64,000 bases of DNA from Azolla caroliniana (Eukaryota > Plantae > Polypodiophyta), in the NCBI GenBank assembly GCA_043228905.1, contig JBHGNT010000015.1, forward strand, positions 19,406,001 through 19,470,000. Direction: 5' to 3'. Each line of letters starts with the position of its first letter. Positions within the stretch are counted from its first letter, which is position 1. Of this stretch, positions 38,242 to 52,034 are shown piece after piece. Under the pieces are notes generated by a model. It saw nothing but the letters and a program-made list of their open reading frames with translations. It was not told where the DNA came from and did no database searches. A program made the translations under genes and the position numbers.

Positions 38242-38999
38242 ATTTAGTTAAAATTATATTTCTATCATTGTACTTTTACATATAAATTCTTATCCATGAG
38301 AGCTAAAATGAGTGACATGGTTATCATGCACCACATGTAATACATGAGCGCCAAATAGCAAACATGCATTTTATGCATGTCTTGAACCCTCAAATGCATG
38401 AGGGCATCTATAAAAGAGGGAATGAAAAAGATCAATGGGGGGATTTTTCTGGAAAAGAAAAAAAGAAAGCTTTGTACTTTAAATCAAAATTAATATTAAG
38501 AAGAAAATTTGTTATCCTTTTGAGGAATACCTTGTTCTTGAAATCTAAAGTCAAGAGTTCTTAATCTCTCTCTCAATCTAAAATCAAGCGTTCTATCTTA
38601 TCTCAATCTCTCAATCTCTCTTTCAATCTATCTTAATTCCTTTCCCGCTAAAACTTATGCAAACTTCAAGTCCTTCCGGTCCAGAACCCCGGCGGTTCCG
38701 CCTCGCAATTCGCGCCTAGTGACCAATCTTCATGACACCGTAGAGTGCATAATCAACTCACCCGGGACAGGGTTCTTTTTAGCAGGCGTTGCATAGAGTT
38801 TTCCTCAAGGAGGGGTTTAGTGTAATTTCCTTAGGAAAAGGTTTTATGTACTATCTTCCTCTATGGGCATCGACCAAATCCATTTGAGGTGAAATAATAA
38901 GTCATCAAGAGGTGGGGGATACAAAAAATATACCAAAGTTCACATTTGTTTTCCCCGTATATAATAAATATGCTAACACAATTGAGGTTCTCTGAAGTT

Positions 39000-41900
39000 A
39001 CTTCTAAAACATCTAGGTATCTTAATTACTTATTTGAACTCACACTCGAGTTGGGCTATTTCTCTCTTAGGTAGTTTTCAATGTATTGTGTGCACATTGT
39101 TTGGACCTTCTTTTGCATTGTGAGTACGAACAACATGAATGATACAATATGCTCGCGAGAAGAATTGTGTTGCTCAAGTTTGGATGATTGTGAGGGATAG
39201 AATGGTTGGACAAAGGAAAGCACACATTTTGTTTCCTTGAGGTTTGTCGGCCATTAACCATACTAGATATGGTAGAACAAACATCATGCCAAAGTTTGTA
39301 CTCTATGTTGGTCCTTTGAGCATTTGGGATATTTCAATTGGTTCTATCCCAATCAATAATTCACCACTCAATTACTTGCTAGAGATGTTGAGAAACTTGA
39401 GCTCAACCAGTCCACATATACTCCATGGTATGTACTCGTGTATGCCATTGGCAAATATGTTGAGGTATATAAGTTAGATCGCAAAGAAGTGTTATCATTG
39501 TGGAGGTTTTGAGGTTTTTATTCACAGAAAACATTAAAACTTTCACAACCCAATTCCAATTAGCGAAATTCTTGGTGTTTTGGAATCCTCTCATTGGTAA
39601 AGTTCTAGTAACATTTATGAGAGTTTTTACATAAAAAATCTATTATAAGTTCCACTTTGAGTCCGATTTTTAATTTTAAATGAAATAGCCAATTGCTTAT
39701 ACGATCATTGTGTTGTTTGCATGGTGGTGATAGATATAGCTCGGAGCAACAATGAAAAGAGAAGGCACCCATAGGGTAATATGATGTATATTGCATTGAG
39801 TTGGTTAATTTCACAAGTGTAAATCGTTGAGGATGAAAAATAAGTTTCCACGCATAAACCTCCCGGTCGGCACAAGACCTAGCATATATCTAGGTTCCCT
39901 TGCCAATCTTGACCCAAAACCAATAGCTTTGCGCGGGTTTTATGCCTTTAAACTTCATCTATGTGTGTATTACCTAATTACACAAAAGCATAAGTATAAA
40001 GTAGGACATCACATTCATGTTGAAGTAGACCCATCTTGAGAGATGTCACGTGTACTTGCATGCATACGATAATCCTGAGATTAGAGCATGCTCGCATGTA
40101 AGCCCTTGCCCTTATATAGCCATATTTATCTACTTTTGAGATTTTTAAATAACATAACCTTCATTATTTCATGTAAGAAGATGCGGATAAGGTAATGTTA
40201 TTATATTATTTGGATGATGCTATTATGTTTACCATAATTTGGATCTATGTGATAAACCATTCCTACAATACGCCTTTTCAAATTACATGGGGTCATTCAC
40301 ATTTTGAATTATAAGCGGATCAAAAAAATTCTCAACACCTTGAATATGAAGTATGCAATGCCCTACAATATAATATTAATTTAACATTGAAATCTAGGGG
40401 AGGAGGTTTGGACTGAGACGTTGGAAAGGGTTTTATTTGGAGTTTGATTATTGGACGTATGCCTAAAATGTAAATCATGATCGGTGATAATGCCACATCT
40501 ATTGCACGTGTTTTTGTAGGAAAAGTTGTATGCCAAGCATGGACATTGTCCATATGCTACAAACATCTAATATGATTTATAATACAACGTTGAAGTTGTG
40601 CCATGAACAAGCTCCTCGTATACTTTCTTAACACATCACATACAACTTTTTGAGTTTTGTTACAATCAACTTCAAACAAAAAAAGAATAGTTAACACATC
40701 GCATACAACATTAGAACATAAAATAATAGACAGTTGTTTTAAGGAGATCTAAAGGATGTAAATTGCATTTTTTTCGTACTACTTTGAGTTGTTTTTTACC
40801 TAGGTGTTCCATTTTGAACTACCTTAATGCACATGACTGCATTATGGTTGCTTGATGAGCAAATAAATAATGACAATTTAATACAGATGACCATATGCAT
40901 AATGATAATTTAATAATTGTTTGACAAATATTTTATTTGATTTAAAGAACTAGTTGTAACTTGTAACTTCTTTTTATTGTTATCAATCATTAATGTCAAT
41001 GAAGAGCTTGCTTTTGTTTATCCCTTTAAGATTCTTTCACAAACTTCCTTTATGGCAAAGGCTCTACAAGCTTGTTAGGATATAAGAAAGGGAAAATCCC
41101 ACTACTTTATGAAGGTTTTTGGGTAGGATAGGATAGAATAGGATGGGATGACATATTATATAATTAGTTGACTCAAGAAAAACTAGAAATACGCTAGCCT
41201 TCGAGCTATACAATCAATATAAAATCCATGGTTTAACATCCAAAATAGTACCATAGTCTCATTGTTAAAAGGAGGGAAGCATTAGGCAAATTGTACGCTC
41301 AACCAATAGGAAAGAAGCTTATGACGGGGAAACTTTGGAATTGCTCCATAGATAAATGTCATGCTTATATTACTACTCCAAGTGGAGCCATCTTGGGTGT
41401 TCTTGAATAATGTCATTATGATATTTTGAATGATTTGTCATATTCTAGGATTTTGATAGCATCTTGTTAAGCATTTATTACCCACTATGTAGAAGCATAT
41501 CAATTGGATGGCATCTCTTTCAAAGGCAAAATTCAAGTCCAAATTTTGCCTAATAAGAAATCGTGTTCAATAGCTATTAGCAACATGCCAATTCAGTTAC
41601 CTATTATGCCAAGACGTCATAATTGACTACTTTCTTAGAGAAGTGAATGCAACAACATACCAAGGTCAAGATATACTCCCTCTTGTATACTACTCCATTG
41701 GGTGGCCTAAGAATATGAAAAGTTACATAAAGAGGCAAGACCACTTTTTTATACTTCCCATAAAGTGGACTTGATTTGGGTTTGGGGGCTTCTTATGTGT
41801 GCTACAAATCAAGACCCCATCACTATAAAAAACCCAATTATTGAAATACTCGCTCCTAACATATGCTCAAAAATAAACCCAAAAATTTGGAAAAGGTTAT

Positions 41901-42400
41901 TTGTAAATTTACTCTTAGGATAGAACTTCATATTTCTCAGTTACAATCTTGTAAAGACTAAAAAGAAAAAAGGTTTACCAACATAAACATTTAAAGATGG
42001 CCGATGTACTCTTGCCTTTCCATAAGTTCATTGTGAGATTCCAAAAGCTTGGGAATGCTAGAGCCTAGCAAGTATCTAACGAGGCTAAGCATGGGAAAGT
42101 TGCTCACCCATTGATAGTCATAAATAGTCTGAGCATAAAAAGTAAAACACCCTCATACAAGTTGGTCGAAAGAAACATAATTTACTGACATCAATATGTG
42201 GCATCCATATGTTCAAGAATATGAAGGGTAGTTTTTGGGAATTTCGTGATAGATATTCCCCTTTGCTCTTGAAAAAAACCACCTCTAGTCCAATGTGACT
42301 CACTTGTAATTCAACGTTGATCATCTTCAATCCAGCATTAATCACCTCTCCCTCAATCCACTTGAGTGCTAATTAAAATCTAATCGAATTTTGGTAAATT
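39000..42400 (-). mobile_element. Very degenerate Ty3/gypsy pol remnant
   Basis: Patchy minus-strand similarity to RT start (~42200-42310), RNase H (~41560-41700) and integrase (~39250-39800), in gypsy order. No long ORF. Confidence 0.4.
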
Positions 42401-44087
42401 CTAAAAAGCTCATATGGACTTTTGGGATGAAAATGATGTCATGTTAGTAAATTTCCAATTCTTTTACTCATTTGTTGTCTGTCTGTTGATATATTTTTTA
42501 CTTGAACATTTTACTTGCTTTATTTATGATACACACTCTCTCAAGTGGCTTTAGTAACATATGTCCTTGAGGAAATATTGATGGAATCACTTCAAGCTAG
42601 TAATAGGCATAAATTTATGAAGGTGATCTCAATGAAGCCAAGCCGTGATGCTCTCACTCCCATTATTTCTTCTTAAGAAATCATAATGCACAATAGGTGA
42701 AGGAATATAGCCCATGAGGAATTTGCATCATGTACATTGATGAACACACGTACAGTAAAAGTTTGCATCAAAGATTGTTTGAAATGTTTCAATTCAATTC
42801 TAGCCCCAACATGTGAGTACTACACGAGCGAAAGCTAGTGTAAACGATGTGGGCCAAAAGCATTTAGAATGAGATGATATATTCTAAATCACATCATGTA
42901 TGAGACTATGACATCTCTATAAATTATTACTTATAGATTCATGGAGGTTACCTTATGAAATCCAAATCCATGAAAGAACATGATTGTTCAATGGTAAATC
43001 TTGGTTTTTAACACTTTAAGGTTATGCATTCATACCTCGAGCAATGTTGGTGGTGTTATGCTCTTATAAAAACTCTTCAAAATTTTAGAATAAGATTTTA
43101 CACTCTCACAAGTTTCCCCTAAATAAATAATTTTACAACCTTGCAAGTTGAAATGCAACATCATCAAGTGGACTAGTTGTTGCAAGTGTTCCATCTTAAA
43201 GTAAATACATGCATAAAGTCCCCCAAAAACATGGGATAATGCTATAAGTAGGCAAGAATGGTATCAAGAGAGGAATGCCCAACTAAATTAAGACTGGTCA
43301 AAACTTCATGCCATAAGAGGAATGAATACATTCACCATTTGTAAACATTTATGAGGTGAAGTTAGGAGCCCAATGTAGCATTAGCTACCAACATATTTCA
43401 ACAAAACCTTGGATAACGACTATTTGATTGCCCACATTATCGGATACCTTGTTACAATTATATCAAGGGTGGGCTTGTCCATATTTGTGACTAAATAAGG
43501 TTATGTTTTCCACAAATCTCAAAGCATTGTTAGGTTACAATGCATCTCAAAAGAATAGATCATGCATGTCAGAAACTATTATACAAATAATGCAAGTTAT
43601 AATATACATCAAAATAATAATAGACTATGTATCATTTCCATCATGAATATCACGGAGAATAGGAAATATTCTGTTTACTTGGTCATCTACAATCATAAAG
43701 GTTTCATCATTGTCAATGATCAATCCAAGTCGTAAGATATAACCTACTCCTACATTGATACATGAAATTCTAGAGAGGGAAATTATCATATAATCATACG
43801 GGCACTCACAATTTCCATAGAGGCCTTTTCGTGAAAAAAACTAAAATAATCCATGATTGCCACGAAGATTACATTACAACCGATATTTGAATCAAAAATC
43901 CAAAAGAATGTCCCCACTGTCAAAAGGGTATGAGTTTGTCCTCAAGGTATAAAATAACTAGTATACATGACACAAAGTGCTTGCTTGCTTCTTTCGCTTA
44001 TTCACAAGAAAGTTGCAAAAGTTACCAGAATACAACAAAAACATATTTTCTATACCGTTTTCTTTCTTCTTCCCATAAAATGAAAAA

Positions 44088-46523
44088 TCAACCGCCATAA
44101 AGAAGCTTGCGAACAATGCCTGCAGTATACCTCCCTTGGTGTTCTGCAAAGGCGAGCTCGACATCCGAAGGTGGTTTCGTACCATCACCAGCATATGTCC
44201 CAGCTCCATATGGCGAGCCGCCACGGAGTTCATCTAGCCCAAACATTCCGGCACCGAAAGTGTATCCAACCGGCACAAACAACATTCCATGGTGTACAAG
44301 TTGTGTTATGGCAGTCCATCTGCACAATTACGACAAAAAAATAGCAAATGTTAGTTAAGAAGGCCGAAAATGGTCATGTTCATGCCCATGGGGCATGACA
44401 AAACCTTTTCACCATTCTCATTCATGCTACATAGATATTGTTATAGCATAATACTTGTACTTTGCAGTCATGCCACATGGCTATCATTATGACATGATTG
44501 CTTGTGCTCCGACTTCGAATTATGTAAACTTAATTTGATGCAATTTAACGGCATAGCCATGGACATGCTCATGGTCATGAAAAGCCTGATTTGATGTAAC
44601 ATTATCATCATAATCATGGAAATGCAAACTTTCAGCTGATGGTTATGGAGAAGGCCATGCAAACTATAATTTGATGGTCATAGTCGTAAATAGCATGACC
44701 ATGCTCATGTACACCATGAACATTCCCAAACCCTAGGATCTACAAAACTCAACAAAGTAACCATAGAGCCACTTACGCCATTGTTTCCTGCCCTCCACCT
44801 TGAGTGCCCGTGCTCACAAACAAGCCAGCAGGCTTTCCAGCAAGATCTTGTGTGTGCCAAAGTGATCCTGTTGAATCAAAGAAAGCCTTCATTTGCGCTG
44901 CCATCCCTCCAAACCGAGTCGGAAAGCCGAAAATGAATGCATCTGCAGTGGGAAGTTCAGCCACCGAAATCTCAGGGATATTCCTATTTGTCGGTGGTGC
45001 CTTCATATTCTTTAGTTCATCTGGCGAAAAGGTTTCAGCAACCCTGAAAAGATGTCCCTCTACTCCTTCGACACTGTTTACTCCTTCTTTGATTTTCCTC
45101 GCCAGAGCTTCAATGTGACCATACATGGAATAGTAGCTGCACAAGAGAAATCCCCCGCATCTTAAAAGGGAAGTTTAGATGAAATCAAAATATTCACACC
45201 AAGTTGACAGATATGCCCTGATGATGATAAGTCATGATAATGGTCATGGCCTTGGTGTCAATGAACTAAGACATCAGCCACATGAATAGGAATCAGAATG
45301 CGGCAGCACGTGATTTGCCATGATGACGATGAAAATAATGGAAACAATGGTGAAGGTAGTAGTATGTTCATGGAAATAGTCAAGCCACATGGACATGGTA
45401 TGATCGTGATGGGTCCATGGCCTTGGTGTCTATGATACAAATTAAATTTGAACTAAGACATTAGTCACATGAAGAGAAATCAGAACACGGCACGCATCGG
45501 ATTTGCCATGATGATGATGAGAATGATAGTGATGATGGTAGTATGTTCGTGGTCATGCCACATGGACATGGTATGATGATGATGGGTCATGGAAATGGAA
45601 ATGGACATAAACACTAACCTGATCATGGTATCCTTCTTAAAATCAAAGGTGAACCAAAAAATTAAAATCTACCAAAATGTAATAATAAGTTTCATCTAAT
45701 TTGTAGAGTATCTAAATATTTTAAGCTTTGATTCAAAAACATCTCTAATGTTGGAGGTATCTCTACCTAGTTTAATTCAAAATATGCAAATGAAAAAACA
45801 ATTAACTGAAGTTTTCTGAAAGTTGAACCAAAGTGAAGAAATGTCCAATGTGCAATTTCTTCATGACATCAATGATGATGACAATGTCCATAGACACAGA
45901 ATTTCTTCGTCGTCATGATTATGTTGAGATGAACATGGTCATGTTGATGTTCATAGGGACTGAAATTGGGCATCGGTTCTGATGATGAGGATGGTCATGC
46001 AAAAGGTGAATTTTCTGTTCATGGCCATGGACATTTCTTCATGATCATGATCATGCTCATTGCCACGATGATATTCGGGGACACAGACACATACATGGAC
46101 ATGGTGTCTATCTATGAACAAGCATATCTCTCAAAACCCTTAGACCATATATACAGAAATGAAGCACAGCCACATGCCATTTAATTAAAACTAGGAAACA
46201 AATCAACAAAAGCTCAATTTCTTCAGACCGAACTAAACATGAACATATGATTAAGAGAGAGAAAATGAATGAAATAATAGAGTCACATACATGATATAGA
46301 TCTTGAGATTTGGAGAGGATGCAACAACAGGAACAGGGGCAGCTTCCGAATGAGTCGGTTTTGCAGAGGAAGAAGAAGGGATGGGTCCAGGAGCTCTGTC
46401 ATCATCATCATCCTCCTCATCTTTGGCAATAATCTGAGACTTTCTAGGATCAGAGTTCTGAAGGGAAGAAGATGATGTCTTCTTACTAGGTTTACTGGGC
46501 ACACAACCTCTGCCCTTCCCCAT
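44088..46523 (-). CDS. Flavodoxin-like NAD(P)H:quinone oxidoreductase (WrbA/FQR1-like 2 type with MGKGxGC N-terminus), 3 exons
   Basis: Exons 46291-46523, 44777-45136 and 44088-44319 join in frame. Motifs KIYIIYYSMYGHIE, DAFIFGFPTRFG, LAGKPAGLFVSTGTQGGGQET, QLVHHGMLFVPVGY, GGSPYGAGTYAGDG and AEHQG. Confidence 0.96.
45235..45600. repeat. CATG-rich diverged duplication (2 x ~180 bp) in intron 1 of the FQR1-like gene
   Basis: CATGGCCTTGGTGTC, GAACTAAGACAT, GATTTGCCATGATGA and CCACATGGACATGGTATGAT each occur twice. Confidence 0.8.
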
Positions 46524-46750
46524 TTTAATCTCCCTTCTCTCTGCCTGCGAGAGGTTCAGGTCAGGTCAATCAATCCCCAAAGCTTCTCAGAAGGATCCGA
46601 TGGATGGATAAGCAGATGGGTTCTTCTTCCTTTTCCTCTTCTCCTTCTCCTTCTCCTCTCCTCCTCCTCCTCCTCTGTTTCTCTCTCTGTCTCTCTGTTT
46701 CTCTCTCTTTTGTCTATCTGTGAGACAGCTAATAAGTAAAGTCATTTTAA

Positions 46751-46922
46751 CAACACTTTAGAAGTCCAAAGTTACTCATACATTTCTTCAATTCCCAAGG
46801 GTACCCCTCTACTATACTCACCATACCATCTCTCTTACTTCAACACTTTAGAAATCCAAAGTTATTCATACATTTCTTCAATTCCCAAGGGTACCCCTCT
46901 ACTATACTCACCATACCATCTC
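46751..46922. repeat. Tandem duplication (period 90 bp) just upstream of the FQR1-like gene
   Basis: CAACACTTTAGAARTCCAAAGTTAYTCATACATTTCTTCAATTCCCAAGGGTACCCCTCTACTATACTCACCATACCATCTC at 46751 and 46841. Confidence 0.95.
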
Positions 46923-48591
46923 CCTTTCTGGGGGGGTTTCTGGGTACCATAGTTTTAGAGGGGACGTCAGTTATCAATAGAGAGGAATGTGCCCATATAG
47001 GGTAATGTGGTAGATACAATTGTTTTAGTGTCTATGATTACGTTACTGGTGTACGTATTCGACTGTAAAGTCGCTTTACCACCAAGGTCTTCCAAGAGCT
47101 TTCCTAGGGTTTCTATCTTTGTATTGTGGTGCCGCTTTAGTACATACCATGTATCCATGAAAGTGCCCCCCTACGAGAGGGATGGTGGGCCGTGGTTGTT
47201 CCTCATAAGCTGAATGGTACCGCTCGACCAGGACGACGCAAGAGGGCATGTGTCGCTTGCTTGTCTTGTTGTCTCAGATTACATGTGAATTTGCGCACGA
47301 AAACTTTTATAATCGCGATGCTTTGGAGCGAGACATTATATGTGGAACAACGATGTGCTCCACCTTTCCCTTGTTATAATAAAATATACATGTCTATGTG
47401 GCACGCAAAAGACAACCGATGTGTATATGTGTGTCTTTTTATTATGTAATGATTTAGAATCCTACCTCTTAGACAGTGTAGATGGAAGAGGACAAGGTAC
47501 ACTCGCTTATGCCCATGAATCACGAAAGAAATACTTTTTCAATTATCACATACTTGCTGCCAGTTGAGACCCTCGGCTTTATTTTTAACCTTGAGTGTTT
47601 TTTTGTTTATAGATCTCTACTTCTATACATTGAAACATATCAACCTTTACACGCTTAGATACGGGGGAAAGGTTTTGCAATGCCACATATTAAACAAGAT
47701 CGTGCACCCTCCAAAGTGTGTGGATGGATATGATCATGTCATAAATTATCTTCATTGTTGTTGGATTTTCCTCTCAAGTCTTACACGTGAAGAAAAAGAC
47801 ATCCTAGAAAAGCCTTAAGAGCCGTTTTCTCATTGTCTTTAAGCATACATGTTTAAAGTATCTTATTTGTTTGTCATGGATATAGCATGTTAACGTACAT
47901 TTGTTTTGCAAATATTACTTTCTTTTTAACGTAGATCACGTTCTCTATGAGTTTGTAGAATATGTTAGTTTCAGAATATATCATGAGTAAAAATTAATGC
48001 AATAGTTGAGGTCAATTTAATCATTTGTGCAATTCACCTGCTAGAGCATGCTCATCTGACATGAAGGGTAGTGATCTTTCCCAATCAACATTGAGATTTG
48101 AGTACCCATTCAAAGTTGATTGAATGTCGTTGTGATGCATCCCTAGGCAAGTACGTCAACTAGATTATTGAGTTCTTGATTCATGTGCAGGCATACTTTA
48201 TTTTCATAGGAAATGTGTGATAATGTGTAATTTGGTGCAAGCATGAAATTTCGCACTATTATCTCGATCAAGGGTTTGTAGAAACTATTCAATAATAGGA
48301 ATCTATCTCTTGGTATGGAAGTACACGGTAGAGTTCTCTACTCGAAAATAGTGACTATTGAAGTGATGGTGATGATGTGTATATGTATATTATCTTTCTC
48401 TAGGCCAGTAATACGACATATGTAACCCCAAAAAGACAACTCTCACATGATAGCATTATCACCAAGAGAGGGAGAGAGAGAGAGTGTGTGTGTGTGTATT
48501 GCATGTAGTATTGAAAAAACTTCCCTTGAATTTAATTAGATTTTTAAGGCAATATATACATATTTGGTCTTTCATAAACACTTCATATGTT

Positions 48592-48620
48592 CCCGTGGAA
48601 ACACATGGGCTTCACTAAGT
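48592..48620 (+). mobile_element. Probable Helitron 3' terminus
   Basis: Hairpin CCCGTGGAAACACATGGG followed by CTTCACTAAGT, resembling the plant Helitron 3' end (CCCGTGGCAACGCACGGG...CTRR). Confidence 0.5.
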
Positions 48621-51244
48621 TGTAAATGCATTAGTATGTGCATTCAAAGGAAACCAACAATGAATAATAAAGGTGCATCCAAAAACATGATGTGCTAACT
48701 AGTGATTCTTACATGGCCGTTATGTAGGACTCAGCCGAAAAAGAAAAAGAAAAGCCACTAATTGAATGAACTAATTAAAAATAGTTCTAAGACATGGAAC
48801 TATTCTACATAAAACTCTCGATGTATACAACAATGTTTTAAGCTAATCAGGTGAGCACAAATTCAAAACATTATGGAATCTTACGTTTTCGGGAAATTTG
48901 AGACATTTGATAAAAGCAACATGAGTGTTATGTAACACATTGCCTATATTTCATCGTCTTCCAAGCAACAGTTGATTTGGACAATGTTATTGGTTACATT
49001 CTCAATTGACGATTTAGAAAGCATGAATAGCGAGAGCATAATATTTATGGACATTAACAACTAATTATCTAGTGTGTGCATGGCCCTTAACAGTGAGGTT
49101 TTTTATTTGAATATATCTAAGTTGTAAGCCAATATTAGATTCCTCATATTATGAAAGAATGCACCTATACATCATGCTAAGGGATGGTTCTATTGTGACC
49201 ATAATAACTATGTACATTTTGCATGGTTTAAAAAGGAGAAATCAAATAAAGATATCAATTTTATACAATAGATCATTGTGTGAACTAATTTGGATGTTTG
49301 TGGTGGTACTACGGAATAGGGATGAACCCTCCTTGGTCAACGTCTTGTTTGTGGCCTTCAGATTTGCTATAATCCCATTTATATCCGTGACAAACATAAG
49401 TTATTGGATTTGAAAGTGTATACCACCTCTCAAGTTTCATGGTGAAAACAATATTGAATTGGAAAATGAAAAAAGAGAGAGGATATTTTATTTATATGCG
49501 AGATGGTCAAGAGTTCAAACATGTTTTGAACGTAAGTAATTATAGATAATTGGCATTAAACAAACCTTTGCTCTCTAATCAAGTGAATGTAGCATTGGGA
49601 GAAGTACAATTAAGACATCTAAGCACACACATTAACGTAGAATATTGCCCAAGGAACACATATTGTTCCCCCTGAACATCAATGTTGATCATTTGCAATG
49701 ATTTTACAACCCTATGCGATGGAATAACACTTGCGGCTTGTCAAGATACACATAATTAAGTTAAATGTCTTAATTCACATGTTTAATCAATGCTAAATTA
49801 TTGGGGAATACCTATTAGCAAAGCCACACATCTTTTGATTACTAATGCAATAAACATGCAAAGAGGTCCATGTTCTTAAGGTGAAACACATAAGACATGG
49901 ATACTTAATGAGGATGGACGAAGAGATTTGGCTCTAACTCTAAAATGACAAGGGCAAGAAAAAATGTGAAAAATGGCTAAAAGGGACCTTATAGTCATTA
50001 TTATACCATTCAACCTTTTTACACATAAGTGACTAACAAGTCTTATCTCCTTGGCTTTCTTATTGTTTGTCCCGCTCTCTTGTACCAATCTTGCCACCTG
50101 GGCATCAAGGTATTTATCCATGCTATTAGAAGGTGTATAAATGAATTGTACGCTAGGTACTTAACATCCCCCCCCCCCCTTGGTGGATACCTAATCATGG
50201 CCATCTTTGTTCTAACTTTTGTGGTGCATGATGTGTTTGGGGTTGACTAAAGGTGAAATGTACATATATTACATTCAACGGTGACCGCCGATCATGTTTC
50301 ATATACACTTAAAGGATTCTTTTTACTACCCATTGAATTATGGTATTTCATAGTGTGGGGTGTTGACATAAAAACCTCGACCACATACCTTTTGCATCAC
50401 ACACACTCCTCGGGGGATGTGCATGCGACCATTGATTTTATTTGGGAGGTGTTTTTGATTGAAGAAAGTGGATACATTAGATGTTCCTCCCATTCTTCCA
50501 TCATTAATAGATTGTTCCTAACTTCTATATGCACATCCATCCATGTGCTATATAAATGAAGCTCCTTTTTTTGTATGAAGTGTCGATTATGTACATGTAG
50601 AGTATATTATTGATTATCGATGATTTGCATTTAATAATGTTTGTAGCTTCATTATAATCTTTCCATGTAGTAGTTAATACAATTTATACTACTTGGTGCA
50701 TAATTTTCTCATAACTAGCTTACCCTAGTGGTAAGTTGTTATAACCCTCTCTTTCTCTCTCTCTTTCTCTCTCTCACACACACATGCAAACATTTGTTAC
50801 TGGGAAAGATAGTTTGTAGCTCTCCTTCTTTGTTGGGAGAACTTTCGGTTTATTTTTGGTAGAGTGGGCATAAGAGTGCCTTCAATTCATTTGTTTTATC
50901 TCTCCTACCTTAATCCAAGCTTATAATTATTCCAGGGTTTTACAATTGTCTTCCCTTTTACCTTCTTTACTTGAATTGATTATAATCCAAGTTCATTCTC
51001 ATTGACTTATTTTCTTGTTTTGTGATAAACTAGTTGAATTGATTATCCCATCGGTGCATAATTGTGTCGACTAGAGCGATCTTGAGTTTTTCACATGAAC
51101 CGATGAGGTCTACTAATGATGTAATTCCCCTATGACTTGCCAATGGAGCCCGTGATACAAACTCGTGTGCCCTTAGTGTGTCAAGATACTGCAACTAGAG
51201 TAGCTTTGTTTACTACTCTCATAAGAAGAGTGAAACTAGCGTCT

Positions 51245-51520
51245 TGTTGGCCTCAAAAACTCTTCAAATTACTCATATTCTACACGTATAATATGCATTG
51301 TTGGCCTCGAAAACACTTCAAATTACTCGCATTCTATGCATTAAAAATACGGGATGTTCGCCTCAAAAACACTTCAAAGTACACATATTCTACGCATTAA
51401 AAATTATATGATGTTGTGCTCAAAAACACTTCAAACTACACGTTTTCTATGCATTAAAAATATGCGTCATTTCATCAACAACACTTCAAACTACACGTAT
51501 CCTACTTATAAAAACATGTG
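51245..51520. repeat. Degenerate tandem array, ~5 x ~56 bp
   Basis: Unit GTTGGCCTCAAAAACACTTCAAATTACTCATATTCTACGCATTAAAATATG. Confidence 0.85.
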
Positions 51521-52034
51521 TCGTTTAGTCAATAACAATAGTGCAATGTTTTCGTTCGAGGAGCAGAGTTTTTGTTATCGACCCACAACTTGGTGATGGA
51601 GCCGAAAACTTTTTTTGTTTTTTGTTTTTTGGTGTGGCCCCCTGGGGAACTTTAGGGTTTTGGTCAGGCGAGGGAAGGGGGGGGGGGGGGGGGCACGTAC
51701 CCATACCCGTAGATGTTGTCGATTTTTCGAGAAAGAAGTTTAACGCAAGCCCCGACACAAAGCGGTTTCTTTTTCGTTCCTTGCGGGGGGGGGGGGGGGG
51801 GGGGGGTGTCCGGGGAGGTGTGGACGGCATGGCATGATGTGTCGGGTCGGCGGGTCATTTGGCCGGCCGGTCGGCGGTACGTGTGTCCGGGCCGGTCATT
51901 GGCCAGCCAACAACAGGAAGGAGGAGGAGGAGGTGGTGGCACTGAAAGGGCACAAGGCGCAGAGAGACACACACAGAGACAGAGACAGAGACAGAGAATT
52001 GCCATATCCATTCTTCCTGCAATTCTAAGCAAAA

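Noticed and set aside
38540-38830. Possible gypsy PPT/LTR junction (CCTCAAGGAGGGG...TGTAA)
   Set aside because: No matching second LTR or terminus could be found by eye.
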